Assembly (NCBI GenBank): GCA_963737635.1
Contig: CAVTTL010000001.1
Span: 1,216,001-1,280,000 of the forward strand
Origin: an uncultured Methanoregulaceae archaeon
GTDB taxonomy: Archaea > Halobacteriota > Methanomicrobia > Methanomicrobiales > Methanospirillaceae
Reading direction: 5' to 3'
Length of the DNA: 64,000 bases
A program made the position numbers and the translations under genes. Below the pieces are notes generated by a model. That model was not told the DNA's origin. It saw nothing but the letters and a program-made list of their open reading frames with translations, and searched no databases. Positions 51,687 through 62,947 of this stretch are shown here, piece after piece (within the stretch, counting starts at the first letter, position 1; every line of letters starts with the position of its first letter).

Positions 51687-52211
51687 ATGGCGACCGGAGC
51701 AAGATATTTCGTCGCCTTCCGGCGACGCAGAGAAGGCAGGACCGATTATTACCAGAGAACGAAGCTTGTTGTCGCCGATGCACCGCGCATGGTCGTGCGC
51801 AGGACAAACCGCCACATTATCGTGCAGATGGTTACTGCCGAGATGGACGGCGACAAGACGCTGGTATCGGCCAATTCTGCCGAACTTGAAAAATATGGAT
51901 ACACCGGGTCAACTGCCAACACGCCTGCAGCATACCTGACGGGCCTTCTTTTTGCCGCAAAAGCAAAGAAAGCAGGGCAGGACCGTGCAATCCTCGATAT
52001 AGGGCTCAACCGGGCCACACCTGGTGCACGGGTCTTTGCCGCGCTCAAGGGTGCAGTCGATGCAGGCCTTGAGATCCCGTATGGTGAAGGGATCGTTCCT
52101 TCCGAGGAAAGGCTCAAAGGTGAGCATATCGCGGCCCATAACAAGAATGCCGGCGATATCGTCAAGAATGTCGAGCAGGTGGCAGCCGCCATAAAAAAGG
52201 AGCTGGTGTAA
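51687..52211 (+). CDS. rpl18: 50S ribosomal protein uL18
   Basis: [30 protein letters not shown]. Confidence 0.97.
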   Translation: MATGARYFVAFRRRREGRTDYYQRTKLVVADAPRMVVRRTNRHIIVQMVTAEMDGDKTLVSANSAELEKYGYTGSTANTPAAYLTGLLFAAKAKKAGQDRAILDIGLNRATPGARVFAALKGAVDAGLEIPYGEGIVPSEERLKGEHIAAHNKNAGDIVKNVEQVAAAIKKELV

Positions 52212-52829
52212 ATGGCATACGAAAAGGCAGAATGGCGCCCGGTCACCGGTCTTGGCAAGCAGGTCGCTTCAGGAGAGATCAAGAGTATCGATCAGGTCCT
52301 TGAGAGCGGCAGGCCTATCAAGGAACCCGAGATCGTCGATATGTTCCTCCCCGATCTCGAAGACGAGGTTCTCGATATCGCCATGATGCAGAGAATGACC
52401 GACTCGGGCCGCCGTGTCCAGTTCCGTGCCGTCGTGATTGTCGGCAATAGGAACGGGTATATCGGCTTTGGCCAGGGAAAAGATGTTCAAGTCGGTGACG
52501 CTATCAAGAAAGCGATCACCAAAGCAAAGATGAACCTTGTCAAGGTGCGCCGCGGGTGCGGCAGCTGGGAATGCGGATGTAATGTTACGCACTCTATTCC
52601 GATGCAGGTTGAAGGAACGGCTGGCAGCGTCCGGGTCACCCTCAAGCCCGCACCTCAGGGAATCGGTCTTGTTACCGGTGATATCAGCAAAAAAGTGCTC
52701 GAACTCGCCGGGATAAAGGATGTCTGGACGTTTGCACGTGGACAGACACGCACGACGATCAATTTCGCAAAAGCGACATTCAACGCGTTAAAAGAGACCA
52801 ACATGATCCGTACCGGGAGGTCGGAGTAA
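52212..52829 (+). CDS. rps5: 30S ribosomal protein uS5
   Basis: [25 protein letters not shown]. Confidence 0.97.
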   Translation: MAYEKAEWRPVTGLGKQVASGEIKSIDQVLESGRPIKEPEIVDMFLPDLEDEVLDIAMMQRMTDSGRRVQFRAVVIVGNRNGYIGFGQGKDVQVGDAIKKAITKAKMNLVKVRRGCGSWECGCNVTHSIPMQVEGTAGSVRVTLKPAPQGIGLVTGDISKKVLELAGIKDVWTFARGQTRTTINFAKATFNALKETNMIRTGRSE

Positions 52830-53292
52830 ATGTACGCGGTTGTGCAGGTCCGCGGCGTTGTTAACACACGCCGGGACATCAAAGACACCTTAAAGATGCT
52901 CCGTCTGCACCACATTAACCACTGCGTGCTCGTGGCAGATACACCCGAGAACCTCGGGATGATCCGGAAAGTAAAGGATTATGTTGCCTATGGTGAAGTG
53001 GATGCAGCAACTCTCGAAACCTTGCTCAAGACCCGTGGGCGCGTTATCGGAGATGATCCCTTAACAGATGACTACATCAAGTCCAATTCGACGTTCAGCA
53101 GCATCATCGAATTTGCACAGGCACTAGCTAAGGGAGAGTCCAGAGCTTCGTGACATCCCGGGCCTCAAGCCGGTTCTCCGGCTTCACCCGCCACGAAAAG
53201 GATACAAGACTACAAAGCGTACATTCGTACAAGGTGGAGCGCTTGGCTATTATGGTCAAGAGATCAATACTCTTCTCTACAAGATGAGGTGA
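52830..53292 (+). CDS. rpl30: 50S ribosomal protein uL30; apparent frameshift near 53143
   Basis: AVVQVRG, TLKMLRL, then [14 protein letters not shown]...GGALGY...LLYKMR in the next frame. Confidence 0.95.
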
Positions 53293-53296
53293 AGAG

Positions 53297-53734
53297 ATGC
53301 CGACCAACAAACGTTCAAAATACAGAGGATCGCGGACATGCGGCGGAGGTACCCATAAAAACCGCCGGGGTGCAGGAAATCGTGGTGGCAGGGGTCGCGC
53401 AGGTATCAACGCCCACCACTTTGTCAAGTGGTATAAAGAGATGGGAGGACCTGTCTTTGGTAAGGACGGGTTCTTCCATAACCCGGCAGTTATGGTTCCC
53501 GCCATGGATGTGGGGATTATCGACCAGATTGTACCCTCGCTTCTCGCTCAGGGAATTGCAAAACAGGAAGGAGATGCAATCATCGTAAACGCTGCCGATC
53601 TCGGGATCGAGAAGATACTGGGCAGCGGCAAGGTCAACCGGAAACTCAACATTTCCGCAGCATCATTCTCGGCACAGGCAAAGGCAAAGATCGAAAAGAC
53701 TGGTGGAAAGGCGCAAGTCGTCTCACCAATCTGA
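53297..53734 (+). CDS. rpl15: 50S ribosomal protein uL15
   Basis: RGSRTCGGG, RGGRGRAG, KILGSG. Confidence 0.97.
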   Translation: MPTNKRSKYRGSRTCGGGTHKNRRGAGNRGGRGRAGINAHHFVKWYKEMGGPVFGKDGFFHNPAVMVPAMDVGIIDQIVPSLLAQGIAKQEGDAIIVNAADLGIEKILGSGKVNRKLNISAASFSAQAKAKIEKTGGKAQVVSPI

Positions 53735-53750
53735 TTTTTTTGGTGAAATA

Positions 53751-55185
53751 ATGGGTGACCTGCTGGATCGAATGGAACCCCTTCTTGTTGCGATGCCCGC
53801 GGTCAAGAGCCCTGAGGGGCATGTCCATTTCAAGAATAAGCTGAATGTGGACACTGGGAATTTTAATTCTGTATTTTGCGCTTACGAACATTCCGGTATT
53901 TGGTCTCAATTCCGGTGGACAGGACGTATTCAATTATTACCGTGCCCTGCTCGGTGGGGCGTATGGGTCAATTGTTCACCTCGGTATCGGACCCATCGTC
54001 ACCGCTTCCATCGTACTCCAGCTTTTAAAGGGTGCCGATATCCTTCATATTGATACGAGTGAGACTCGCGGTCAGGTCATGTACATGGGGCTCCAGAAGA
54101 TCCTCATTCTCGTCATGATCGTGATCGAGGCTGCCCCCAACATTATCGGTGGGTTCATGCAACCCGATCCAACCGTTGCGGCACAGTTCTTCGGTGGCAA
54201 CCTTTTCGCTGTATCGCTGTTAATCTTCCTCCAGATTTGTATCGGCGGTGTGCTGATCTTTTTGATGGATGAGGTAGTCACCAAGTGGGGTATAGGTTCC
54301 GGGGTCGGACTCTTTATTATCGCCGGTATATCCCAGGCCCTTGTGAACGGGTTTATCAACTGGACCGCAGTCAGCGATCCCTATCCGATTGGATTTTTCC
54401 CGCGACTCTTCGCGGTCGTGCTTGACGGTGCGAATTTCATCCAGTATTTCGGTACGAATCTCCTCGCTTTTGCCACCACTATCGTCATATTTCTGATTAT
54501 CGTATACGTGGAATCCACCCGCATCGAAATTCCTCTTGCCCATGCCCAAGTGAGAGGAGCACGGGCGCGGTTCCCGGTCAAACTGATCTACGCCAGTGTT
54601 CTTCCGATGATCCTGGTACGAGTGCTCCAGGCTAATATCCAGATGGTCGGCATGTTCCTGTCTAACGTAGGTATTACCATCCTGGGAAAATTCAACGGAC
54701 AGACTCCTCAATCCGGCCTGATGTACTTCTTGGCACCCATCAACGGACCCACCGACTGGATGTGGTGGGTGACTGATCTCGGGCATGCACCATGGGAAGT
54801 TCTCCTCCGGATGGGCATCGATACCACGTTCATGGTGGTAGGCGGGGCTATCTTCGCGCTCTTCTGGATCAAGACCGCTGGTCTCGATTCAAAAGACGTG
54901 GCCCGGCAGATCCAGATGTCCGGCATGTCGATTCCCGGATACCGGAGGAATCCACAAGTGCTGGAGAAATATCTGGACCGGTATATCCCCCGCGTTACTA
55001 TCATCGGTGGGGTGTTTATCGGTATACTCAGTGTAGTCGCGAATCTCTTTGGTGTCATCGGAGCTGTAAGTGGTACGGGGTTGTTACTGACCGTGAGTAT
55101 CACCTATAGGCTGTATGAAGAGATCGCAAGCCAGCAGATCATGGAGATGTATCCGTTCATGCGGACGTTCTTTGGCAAAGAATGA
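53751..55185 (+). CDS. secY: Preprotein translocase SecY; apparent frameshift near 53845
   Basis: P.V..P.GHVHFKNKL then MWT, LGIGPIVTASI, KWGIGSG, IPGYRR, GTGLLLTV. Confidence 0.96.
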
Positions 55186-55202
55186 TTGATGAAGGGTCGG
55201 GA

Positions 55203-55775
55203 ATGGCAGGAAAAAAGGTCATTATCACGGGTGTGCCGGGTGTCGGAAAGACAACGGTAATCAACGAGGCATTGAGCAAGCTCAAAAGCGAAGGTGTGGA
55301 ATACCAGCCTATCAATTTTGGTTCCTTCATGTTCGAAGTAGCTAAGAGCGAGGGACTCGTGGAAAACCGTGATCAGATGCGATCACTTGACCGGGCAGAT
55401 CAGAAGCGGCTCCAGCAGCGTGCGGCGCAAGCGATTGCACAGATCCCCGGTAATGTCTTGATTGATACGCATGCATCGGTGAAAACCCCCAGAGGATACC
55501 TCGCAGGTCTTCCTGAATGGGTCCTCCGAGAGATTATGCCCGATGCGATCGTCCTTGTTGAAACGGATAATGACCAGATCCTCATGCGGCGTATAACCGA
55601 TGAAACAAGAATCCGGGATAAGGAAGGCTGGCGCGCAATTGCCGAGCACCAGGAGTTCAACCGATCCATTGCCGCTGCCTATGCCATGATGACCGGATGT
55701 ACCATCAAGATCATCACTAACGCCGATCACCTGCTGGATTTCGCCGCCGCGGAGCTGGCGACCGTCCTCAGGTAA
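55203..55775 (+). CDS. adk: Adenylate kinase (archaeal type)
   Basis: GVPGVGKTT, NFG, DTH, GYLAGLP. Confidence 0.96.
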   Translation: MAGKKVIITGVPGVGKTTVINEALSKLKSEGVEYQPINFGSFMFEVAKSEGLVENRDQMRSLDRADQKRLQQRAAQAIAQIPGNVLIDTHASVKTPRGYLAGLPEWVLREIMPDAIVLVETDNDQILMRRITDETRIRDKEGWRAIAEHQEFNRSIAAAYAMMTGCTIKIITNADHLLDFAAAELATVLR

Positions 55776-55794
55776 TCCTTTGAAAGGTGGGTCC

Positions 55795-56406
55795 ATGGAC
55801 TTTGGAAAATTCTGGGAAAAGTACGGGTTATACGTCGCGCTCCTCTTCATGTTCGTGATGATGTGGACGTATACGGTTCCTTGGCTTCGTACGGATGTCG
55901 GAAAGGGGATCGACGGGGTATTTTCCCCTCTGGTTACCCAGTTCGGGATCCCGTTTTTCATCTTGATTGTGATCCTCTCCGCCTTGACCGGGTTGTATTC
56001 CTCCGTTATCCAGAAGTACACAATCGATTACGAACGGATGACGGAGGTCCAGGACCGGATGAAGGACTTCCAGAAAGAGTACCGTGAAGCGATGTTATCT
56101 CAGGATGAAAAAAGGATCAAGAAACTGGATGTAAGAAAAGAGCGCATGATGCGCGAACAGCTCGAACTTTCCCAGCAGCAGTTCAAGCCTATGGGATATA
56201 TCCTCATCCTCACGGTCCCTATTTTTTTCTGGCTTTTGTACCGACTGAGCGAGATCAACAATACTATTACCTTCCCGTATTATGGGACCCTGAGCCTGAC
56301 GACTCCCGTTATCTGGGTCATTCCTGCATGGATGGCCTGGTACATGATCTGTTCCATCACGATCAGTCAGGTAATCAGGAAAGCCCTCAATATCGGGGGG
56401 ATCTGA
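55795..56406 (+). CDS. DUF106 / EMC3-TMCO1 (Oxa1 superfamily) membrane protein
   Basis: TM-coiled coil-TM layout; QFKPM, WYMICS, RKAL; usual position after adk. Confidence 0.9.
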   Translation: MDFGKFWEKYGLYVALLFMFVMMWTYTVPWLRTDVGKGIDGVFSPLVTQFGIPFFILIVILSALTGLYSSVIQKYTIDYERMTEVQDRMKDFQKEYREAMLSQDEKRIKKLDVRKERMMREQLELSQQQFKPMGYILILTVPIFFWLLYRLSEINNTITFPYYGTLSLTTPVIWVIPAWMAWYMICSITISQVIRKALNIGGI

Positions 56407-56954
56407 TGAGGATTACCGTGAGCGGGCTTCCCGGTAGCGGGACCACCTCACTCTCACGGTATCTTTCAGAGCACCACGGTTTTACCATGATCTCGGCGGG
56501 TGAAGTGTTCCGCCAGTGCGCAAAAGAGCACAACATGGAACTTGCCGAATTCGGCAGGCTTGCCGAGAAGAACCCGGCCTATGACAAAATGATCGACACC
56601 CGGCAAAAAGAGATCGCCGAGGAAAAAGACAATATCATCGTTGAGGGCCGGCTTTCGGGCTGGATGGTGGAAAAAGCGGATCTGAAGATCTGGCTCTTTG
56701 CCCCTATTGGCTGTCGGCTTGAACGAATCGTGTTCCGCGATCAGATCGCTGACATAGAGACTGCAAAAGCGATCACTCTCGAGCGCGAGCACTGCGAAGC
56801 GGTGCGGTACCGCCAGTACTATGATATTGATATCAACAACCTTTCTATTTACCATTTAATCCTGAACTCGGAGCATTGGGGGATCAAGGAGCTCGGGATG
56901 ATTGTCGATACTGCTGTTGACCAGGCGCAGGTAGATCGCGGAAAGGCCGCATAG
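56406..56954 (+). CDS. cmk: Cytidylate kinase
   Basis: ITVSGLPGSGTT, SAGEVFR, EGRLSGW, RYRQYYDID. Confidence 0.95.
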   Translation: MRITVSGLPGSGTTSLSRYLSEHHGFTMISAGEVFRQCAKEHNMELAEFGRLAEKNPAYDKMIDTRQKEIAEEKDNIIVEGRLSGWMVEKADLKIWLFAPIGCRLERIVFRDQIADIETAKAITLEREHCEAVRYRQYYDIDINNLSIYHLILNSEHWGIKELGMIVDTAVDQAQVDRGKAA

Positions 56955-57042
56955 CTGGTCATCTGATGGCAGTGAAATCCAGGTACCAGCACTATCCGAA
57001 TCTTCTTTTCTTTTGCCGTCTTTTTATCCGGGGGGACGTATA

Positions 57043-57467
57043 GTGAACGTGAATGATATCCACATCGCGATCGTCAGTTCATGGGATGAAGAAGAGATAG
57101 TAGCACTATACCGCGCCGGTGGCTGGTGGGAAGATTCGTTCGATCCTGCCGGTATTCCCGCGCTTATCAGAGGAAGTTTTGCCTTCGTGGTTGCGGCAGA
57201 CACAAAAACCGGCCAGGCGGTCGGTATGGGTCGGGCCCTTTCAGATGGGGTATCGGATGCATACATCCAGGATCTTGTAGTGCTCCCCGGTACCGGGGGA
57301 GAGACCTGGGAACCGCAATCGCCTCCCTGCTTATTGCGCGATGCCGGGATGCGGGCGTCTCCTGGATTGCCCTCATTGCCGAGCCAGGCTCAGAAAAATT
57401 CTATCTCCCTCTGGGATTTGCCCGGATGGAGGGGTATGTTCCCCTGATTTACCGCGGTGAATCCTGA
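57043..57467 (+). CDS. GNAT N-acetyltransferase; apparent frameshift in C-run near 57288
   Basis: VGMGRALSDG..AYIQDLVVLP then YRGRDLG...FYLPLGF in the next frame. Confidence 0.85.
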
Positions 57468-58361
57468 TGTTAAAGCAGGAAGATTTCAAGCCGGTGACGC
57501 TTGCTGACCGGGAGTTTTTCGAGCATCATTACTCGTTGTACCCGCAGACCCATAGTGACAACACGTTCACGAACATGGTCAGCTGGAACCAGATTGCCCA
57601 GTACCGATACGCTTACGTAAACGGCAACGTGATTCTCGCTAGTACTATTGCCGGGGTTACGAGGTTCCGCCCGCCTATCGGCCCCCGGGATCCTGGTCTT
57701 ATGAAAGATCTTATTCGCTTTGCACTGGAGATTGGAGACGATTCCCCGCTCGTCCTCATCGATCCGGAAACGGTCCGCTGGATCCAGGAGATCGATCCCA
57801 CACTTACTCTTATCCCGGACCGGAACCACTTCGAGTGACGTATACCTCGCGTCCGACCTTGCAGAGCTCCCAGGAAAGAACTATCTCAAGATCCGCAGCC
57901 AGCTCAATAAATTCAGGAAGAACTGCTCCCACACGGTCGAGCCAATTACCGCAGAAAACCGGGAGGAAGTGATGGAGTTCTTAGTGAAGTGGTGCGAGTG
58001 GAAGGGGTGCGAGAACGATCTCGTGCTCGCTCACGAGAAAGACGCTGTCTTTTTTGCAATCGAACATTTCACCGAACTACCCCTGCGAGGCCTGATGATC
58101 AGGGTCAATTCCCAGGTCGCAGCGATCTCTCTCTTCGAGCGGCTCAATAAGGATATGGCCCTTGTCCATTTTGAAAAAGGACTTCCCGACTGTGAAGGAA
58201 TTTACAAGGCAATCAATCAAGAGACCGCGGCTCTGCTGGTTGGAGATGTGACGTATATCAACCGGGAAAGCGATCTCGGCGTACATGGGCTCCGGGAGGC
58301 AAAGATGCGGTACCACCCGCATCACATGGTCGAAGTCTGGTCGCTCAAAAGGCAGACCTGA
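57467..58361 (+). CDS. DUF2156-family (phosphatidylglycerol lysyltransferase C-terminal-like) protein; apparent frameshift near 57837
   Basis: FTN..SW, YVY..DL..LPGK, VHFEKG, GIYKAIN, YINRESDLG..GLREAKMRYHP. Confidence 0.85.
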
Positions 58362-58508
58362 CGTCGATTAGATTCTCTGATTTTTCCAAGGGTCTTTTAT
58401 TTCCGAAAAAGATTCTGCTCCTTGCGTGCCACCAGAAATGTCCGGATGTCAGACAAGGGGGAGCGCAATTAGTATTGGAAAAGAGACGAAAGCGAGAAAA
58501 ATACCGGT

Positions 58509-59114
58509 TTAAGCCGGGAGATGCAACCCCAGTGTTCCCATTATCCCGGAGAAGATGAACTTTACTGCAATAGCGGCGACGAACATACCGAGGACTCTTC
58601 CCATGACATCCGTAACAACAGATCCGAGAAGGTTTTGGATGCCTGCAGAGAAATACAGGATTATCCAAGAAGCGACGAGAGAAAGAGTAATCGCTATAAA
58701 CGGGATGAATATTCCATAGTCATTGGAGAGGAGCATAACGGTCGTGATCGCACCGGGACCGCAGAGAATGGGTGTCCCGATCACCACACCGGCTGCCGTT
58801 GGAGTCTCGTTTTTGGACTTGCATATATCAAGCCCGAGGGCCATCTGCATACCCAGAAGGAACAGCACGACTCCGCCGGCGATCTGGAATGTCGAGAGGG
58901 TGAGGCCAAGTATATTGAAAATCGTGGTATTGAAGATAAGGAAGATATACATCAATGCCCCGGCAACTGCGACCGCGATGACTGCCTGCCTGTGGATCTC
59001 CCGCGATGACTGCCCTTTTGTCATACCCGCAAAGATCGGGACAGACAGGATCGGATCGAGGATAATAAAAAGCGCCGCAAACGCATAGATTAATCCTGAA
59101 ATAAAGTCCGCCAT
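58509..59114 (-). CDS. MarC-family membrane protein
   Basis: LFIILDP, FQIAGG, PILCGPGAITTV, RVLG. Confidence 0.92.
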   Translation of the reverse strand: MADFISGLIYAFAALFIILDPILSVPIFAGMTKGQSSREIHRQAVIAVAVAGALMYIFLIFNTTIFNILGLTLSTFQIAGGVVLFLLGMQMALGLDICKSKNETPTAAGVVIGTPILCGPGAITTVMLLSNDYGIFIPFIAITLSLVASWIILYFSAGIQNLLGSVVTDVMGRVLGMFVAAIAVKFIFSGIMGTLGLHLPA

Positions 59115-59349
59115 ATCAATACTTCTGATCATGCGCAGTGAAGACGGATAAATTCGCGGGTTTTGCGCTCGTTGTCTTGATTACCGGGATCAAATCCAGG
59201 ATTACCGGTACGTTGGAAGAGACGGTAATTTCAGCGAGCCGATTGCACACTACATAATATATAAGAGCCGGTAGTGGCCATCATCCGTTAGAGCGGGTGA
59301 GTACCGGGTAGGATGAAAAAGCCCGGATCATCCGGTCCGGAGAACACTT

Positions 59350-59955
59350 ATGCCAGAAACGAGGAAAGTTTCCGGATCTTCCGGAACCAGAGCTGCACAA
59401 CGGGTACGGAATCCGGCAACGTCCCCTGCGCGATCGAAAAAAACGGTGACGAAGAAAACGGCGGCACCGGCAAAGAAAATGTCGGGAATGAAAAAAGAAA
59501 AGAGCATTCCGGCCTCAAAAGGCAAGGCGGCCGGGAAAAAAGCCGGATCCCCTACAAAGAAGGTACCGACTTACAAGCTGAAGCGGTACCGCTGCCGCCT
59601 TTGCGGTTATGTCTACTCACCGCTCCGCGGAGAACCACACAATGGCATACCGGCGGGAACCCCCTTTGAAGACCTACCCGAAGATTATGTCTGCCCGGTC
59701 TGTGGCTACCAAGGACGAGGCAAGATTGGCAAATGGGGATTTGACGAATGGGCGCCTACGAAATACATATGTTCGATCTGCGGGTATGTGTACGACGAGA
59801 AACGTGGCGAACCCCACCGGGGCATAAAAGCCGGGACAAAATTTGATGATCTTCCTGAGGACTACAAATGTCCCGTCTGCGCCCAGGATCCAAATATCAA
59901 TGTCCAGTTCGGGAAGGTGTTTAAACAGGGATTCGAACCGCTTGATATCCCGTGA
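59350..59955 (+). CDS. Tandem two-domain rubredoxin with Lys-rich N-terminal extension
   Basis: Two CxxCGYVY...GxxFxDLPEDYxCPVC units. Confidence 0.88.
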   Translation: MPETRKVSGSSGTRAAQRVRNPATSPARSKKTVTKKTAAPAKKMSGMKKEKSIPASKGKAAGKKAGSPTKKVPTYKLKRYRCRLCGYVYSPLRGEPHNGIPAGTPFEDLPEDYVCPVCGYQGRGKIGKWGFDEWAPTKYICSICGYVYDEKRGEPHRGIKAGTKFDDLPEDYKCPVCAQDPNINVQFGKVFKQGFEPLDIP

Positions 59956-60103
59956 GCTCGCGAAGAAACCTCATCACTTCCCTTATTTTTAAAATGGCCG
60001 GTGCCCTCAAGACGTAAACGGCGTAACTTAATACCTTATACATCCATGCTGAATGTGCACGCTACGCATATGATCTCATCTGCTGATGGTACGGGGGTGT
60101 GAG

Positions 60104-60559
60104 ATGCACAAGAGCCAGGATCCGGTGATGGAGCAGAAACGCGATGTGCTCGCCCGGTTCCTCGGCGTGGATAAAACTGCCCTTCGTATCTCAAACGGCC
60201 ACTTATACGGTTTTAAGGCTTTTTTCCACGGCAACGATGAAGCATATCTTGTTCTTTCCGACGCGGAGGCGACACAGGCAGCAGAGAATGCTGTCCAGGA
60301 AAAACTCTGGCTGATCGGTCTTGAATCCCTTTTTGCCTATTTTGATATCAGTTCTTCTCCCGCTGACCTTCTGGGGAAGATCAAAACAAAGGAAATCCGT
60401 CAGGCGAACGAAGAGATCAAAAAACTGATCCATCACACATGCGGGATGGAGCCGCTCAGAAAACGGATGCTCTCCTTTGGCAACCGAAAGAACCTGCTGG
60501 CAGACTATGATCAGGCCGAGCACTACCGGGATGGTTTCTTCATTTACCGCCTGTACTGA
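60104..60559 (+). CDS. Hypothetical protein
   Basis: 151-aa ORF with GGGGG RBS-like element; no family recognised with certainty. Confidence 0.65.
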   Translation: MHKSQDPVMEQKRDVLARFLGVDKTALRISNGHLYGFKAFFHGNDEAYLVLSDAEATQAAENAVQEKLWLIGLESLFAYFDISSSPADLLGKIKTKEIRQANEEIKKLIHHTCGMEPLRKRMLSFGNRKNLLADYDQAEHYRDGFFIYRLY

Positions 60560-60738
60560 CAGGAATCTCCTTTCTTCCGGCGTGCATTTGTTATTTACAA
60601 AATATTGCCGGGACGGATCTCTTCACTGGGTTCATCTCGTGTTGCTATGTTGAAATCCAGGATTTCTTTAGTTCTGCCTGTTTTTCCTACCCTTAAATAA
60701 TCGTTTTACCGGCTGACCTGTCTGGTTATACCGCCGCA

Positions 60739-61125
60739 ATGAATATACCTTCCGGCAGTTTATATCCTGTGATGACCCTCAGACGCCTGGTATTATCCTC
60801 CAAATGTGGATGTGTCCTCATCTTGGTGCTCTGTCTTCTATCCTGTGTGCCGGTGACCGGTGCCAGTGCCACCGATATATCTTATACCAGCGGTCCCGCG
60901 GTGCAGAATGTGACGTTGTCCCATGCCGCAGTGCAATTGGCACAGATTCCGCCCCCGACATTCGCGGTCGCTCCCCCTGAGCAGCCGACCGCCCCTACGC
61001 CACCGTATGAATCCGCCCCGGTATCAGCAGAAACAACTCCTGCCACTGCAATGCAGCCCTTATCTTCTTGCATCGCGGTGCTGGGGGTCGCTACAGTGAT
61101 CCAGTACCGGTCTACTCATCAATAA
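60739..61125 (+). CDS. Small secreted Pro/Thr-rich protein with hydrophobic C-terminal anchor
   Basis: Signal-peptide-like N-terminus, P/T/A-rich core, C-terminal PLSSCIAVLGVATVIQYR. Confidence 0.5.
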   Translation: MNIPSGSLYPVMTLRRLVLSSKCGCVLILVLCLLSCVPVTGASATDISYTSGPAVQNVTLSHAAVQLAQIPPPTFAVAPPEQPTAPTPPYESAPVSAETTPATAMQPLSSCIAVLGVATVIQYRSTHQ

Positions 61126-61207
61126 CGGCTTTTTTATTTCCATCGGGCATGCCGTTCTCTACCCGGGCAATTTATTACGGATGGGGCGTATTTTTGTACG
61201 ATGAGAT

Positions 61208-61816
61208 ATGGACGCTACGGCAATGCTTGAGGTGGCGCATCACCTTGCCCGGGTCGGACGGTATGACGAAGCTCTTGCCGAGTACGACAAAGTGCTGGCG
61301 ATCGACGCGAAGAACACTACAGTGCTCGAACAGAAAGGCGAAGTCTTTTACGCTCTCGGGAGGCATGAGGATGCCCTTGCCTGCTATGGCCGTGCACTTG
61401 AGATTAATCCTCACCTCCTGACGACTTGGTACGAGAAGGGATATACCCTGCGCAAGATCGGCAGGTACGAGGAATCGATCGCCTGTTTCGACCGTGCCCT
61501 ACTCTTGGACCCGGACTATACCCCTGCCCTTGCAAACAGGGGTTATGCATTAAACGCACTAGGGAGGTACGAAGATGCTATCGCATGCTTCAACCGCATC
61601 CTAGAAACCGGCCCGAATAACATCCGGGTGATGACCGCAAAAGGGATTGCCCTGCTGGGCCTCGGGCGAAAAGAGGAAGCACTTGCTATTTTCGATCAAG
61701 CGCTCAGCCTCAATCCGATTAACTCCTTTGTGTGGCAGCACCGGGCCGAGGTCCTGCGTTGTCTGGGGCGCAGTTCTGATGCCGAAGAGAGTCTTCGGCA
61801 CGTGTCTGGGTTATAG
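61208..61816 (+). CDS. Tetratricopeptide repeat protein
   Basis: About six 34-aa repeats of the type KG..L..LGRYEEA..CFDRAL..NP. Confidence 0.92.
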   Translation: MDATAMLEVAHHLARVGRYDEALAEYDKVLAIDAKNTTVLEQKGEVFYALGRHEDALACYGRALEINPHLLTTWYEKGYTLRKIGRYEESIACFDRALLLDPDYTPALANRGYALNALGRYEDAIACFNRILETGPNNIRVMTAKGIALLGLGRKEEALAIFDQALSLNPINSFVWQHRAEVLRCLGRSSDAEESLRHVSGL

Positions 61817-61894
61817 TGCCGTAAGCTCGAAGGAATAGAATACTGCACAAAGAAAAGATCTTTTTTTTTCGATTGCCCCCAAGGGTAAAAAAAA

Positions 61895-62932
61895 TTAGAT
61901 GAGTTTAAAGATGGGGTGGCTTTCTGATTTGCACTCGACGCCGAGCTGGCGGGTTGCCTCAAGGACGGTGATGTCTGTGTAGGCTTGTGCGGTGATCATT
62001 GCTTCGACGTTCTCAATCGGTCCGTACATAATCAGGTCGGCACCAAGGGTGCTTGCAATCATGTTGCAGCCGATATCGGGTGCGGACCATGCGGCCTGCT
62101 TGATACCCTCTATACCACCGAGGTAGTGGTGGGCCATCTGTTCGAGCAGGATATCCTTACCCTTATAGCCTTCTGCAAGGACGGAGGGGGTCTTGCTGGT
62201 GCCTTTCCAGCGCTTGAGCCACGTCCAGGAGACCGTCATGTTGTGGTACGCACCACCTGTCGGGTACCCGTGGATGGCTTTGCAGGCGAGGATCTCACGG
62301 TATGAGCCACCGGAGCCAAGGCCGAGCGGGGTTGCTGCAGTGTCCAGAATCGGGCGGGTAATTCCGCAGTATTCTGCAATCTCCAGCATTCCTTTAGTCT
62401 GGCCTGCGACGCCGCCTTCGACAAGCACTTTCTCACGGCCCGCAACTGACGGGTCTGCCGGGTTGAAAGCGAGCACAATCGCTGCGTCTACGTCACTGTT
62501 CTTTAAGGCCTCGATGCTTTCGGGTAGGATTGATCCGTTGATCGAGTTGTAGATCGCACGGTGTGCAAGCCCGACATCGGTCACGTACTTGCATGCATGG
62601 GCAAGCGCCTTCGGGACCGAGGAGTCCATCAGGAACGCAGTCTTGTTGTCGATACTGTCGAACCAGCTGAAATAACTCTCGAATGCCTCCCCGTATTCCG
62701 CAATGATCTGGATGAAATGCGGAATTCCGGTCATATCAGAGAGTACCTGACAGCGGTTCCAGAGTGCTTCTGCCTTTGCTTTGTCAATCTTTCCGGTCTT
62801 GTCGTCTAGCACGCACTCGTGCTTGTTGTAGAAGATTGAAGCACCCAATACGGTCGGGTATTCGCCAGGCTGTCCACCAATTTTGGTGCCGTTGAAGTCC
62901 CAGACCTTCTGTTCTTTCTCAAACTTGAACAT
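61895..62932 (-). CDS. mtrH: Tetrahydromethanopterin S-methyltransferase subunit H
   Basis: MFKFEKEQ, GGQPGEYPTVL, IYNSIN, YGPIEN, HPIFKL. Confidence 0.97.
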   Translation of the reverse strand: MFKFEKEQKVWDFNGTKIGGQPGEYPTVLGASIFYNKHECVLDDKTGKIDKAKAEALWNRCQVLSDMTGIPHFIQIIAEYGEAFESYFSWFDSIDNKTAFLMDSSVPKALAHACKYVTDVGLAHRAIYNSINGSILPESIEALKNSDVDAAIVLAFNPADPSVAGREKVLVEGGVAGQTKGMLEIAEYCGITRPILDTAATPLGLGSGGSYREILACKAIHGYPTGGAYHNMTVSWTWLKRWKGTSKTPSVLAEGYKGKDILLEQMAHHYLGGIEGIKQAAWSAPDIGCNMIASTLGADLIMYGPIENVEAMITAQAYTDITVLEATRQLGVECKSESHPIFKLI

Positions 62933-62947
62933 GTTTATTACACCTCA

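Noticed and set aside
57830-57845. In-frame TGA in the DUF2156 gene as selenocysteine or read-through
   Set aside because: The downstream homology is in a different frame; removing one G restores E-Y-V-Y.
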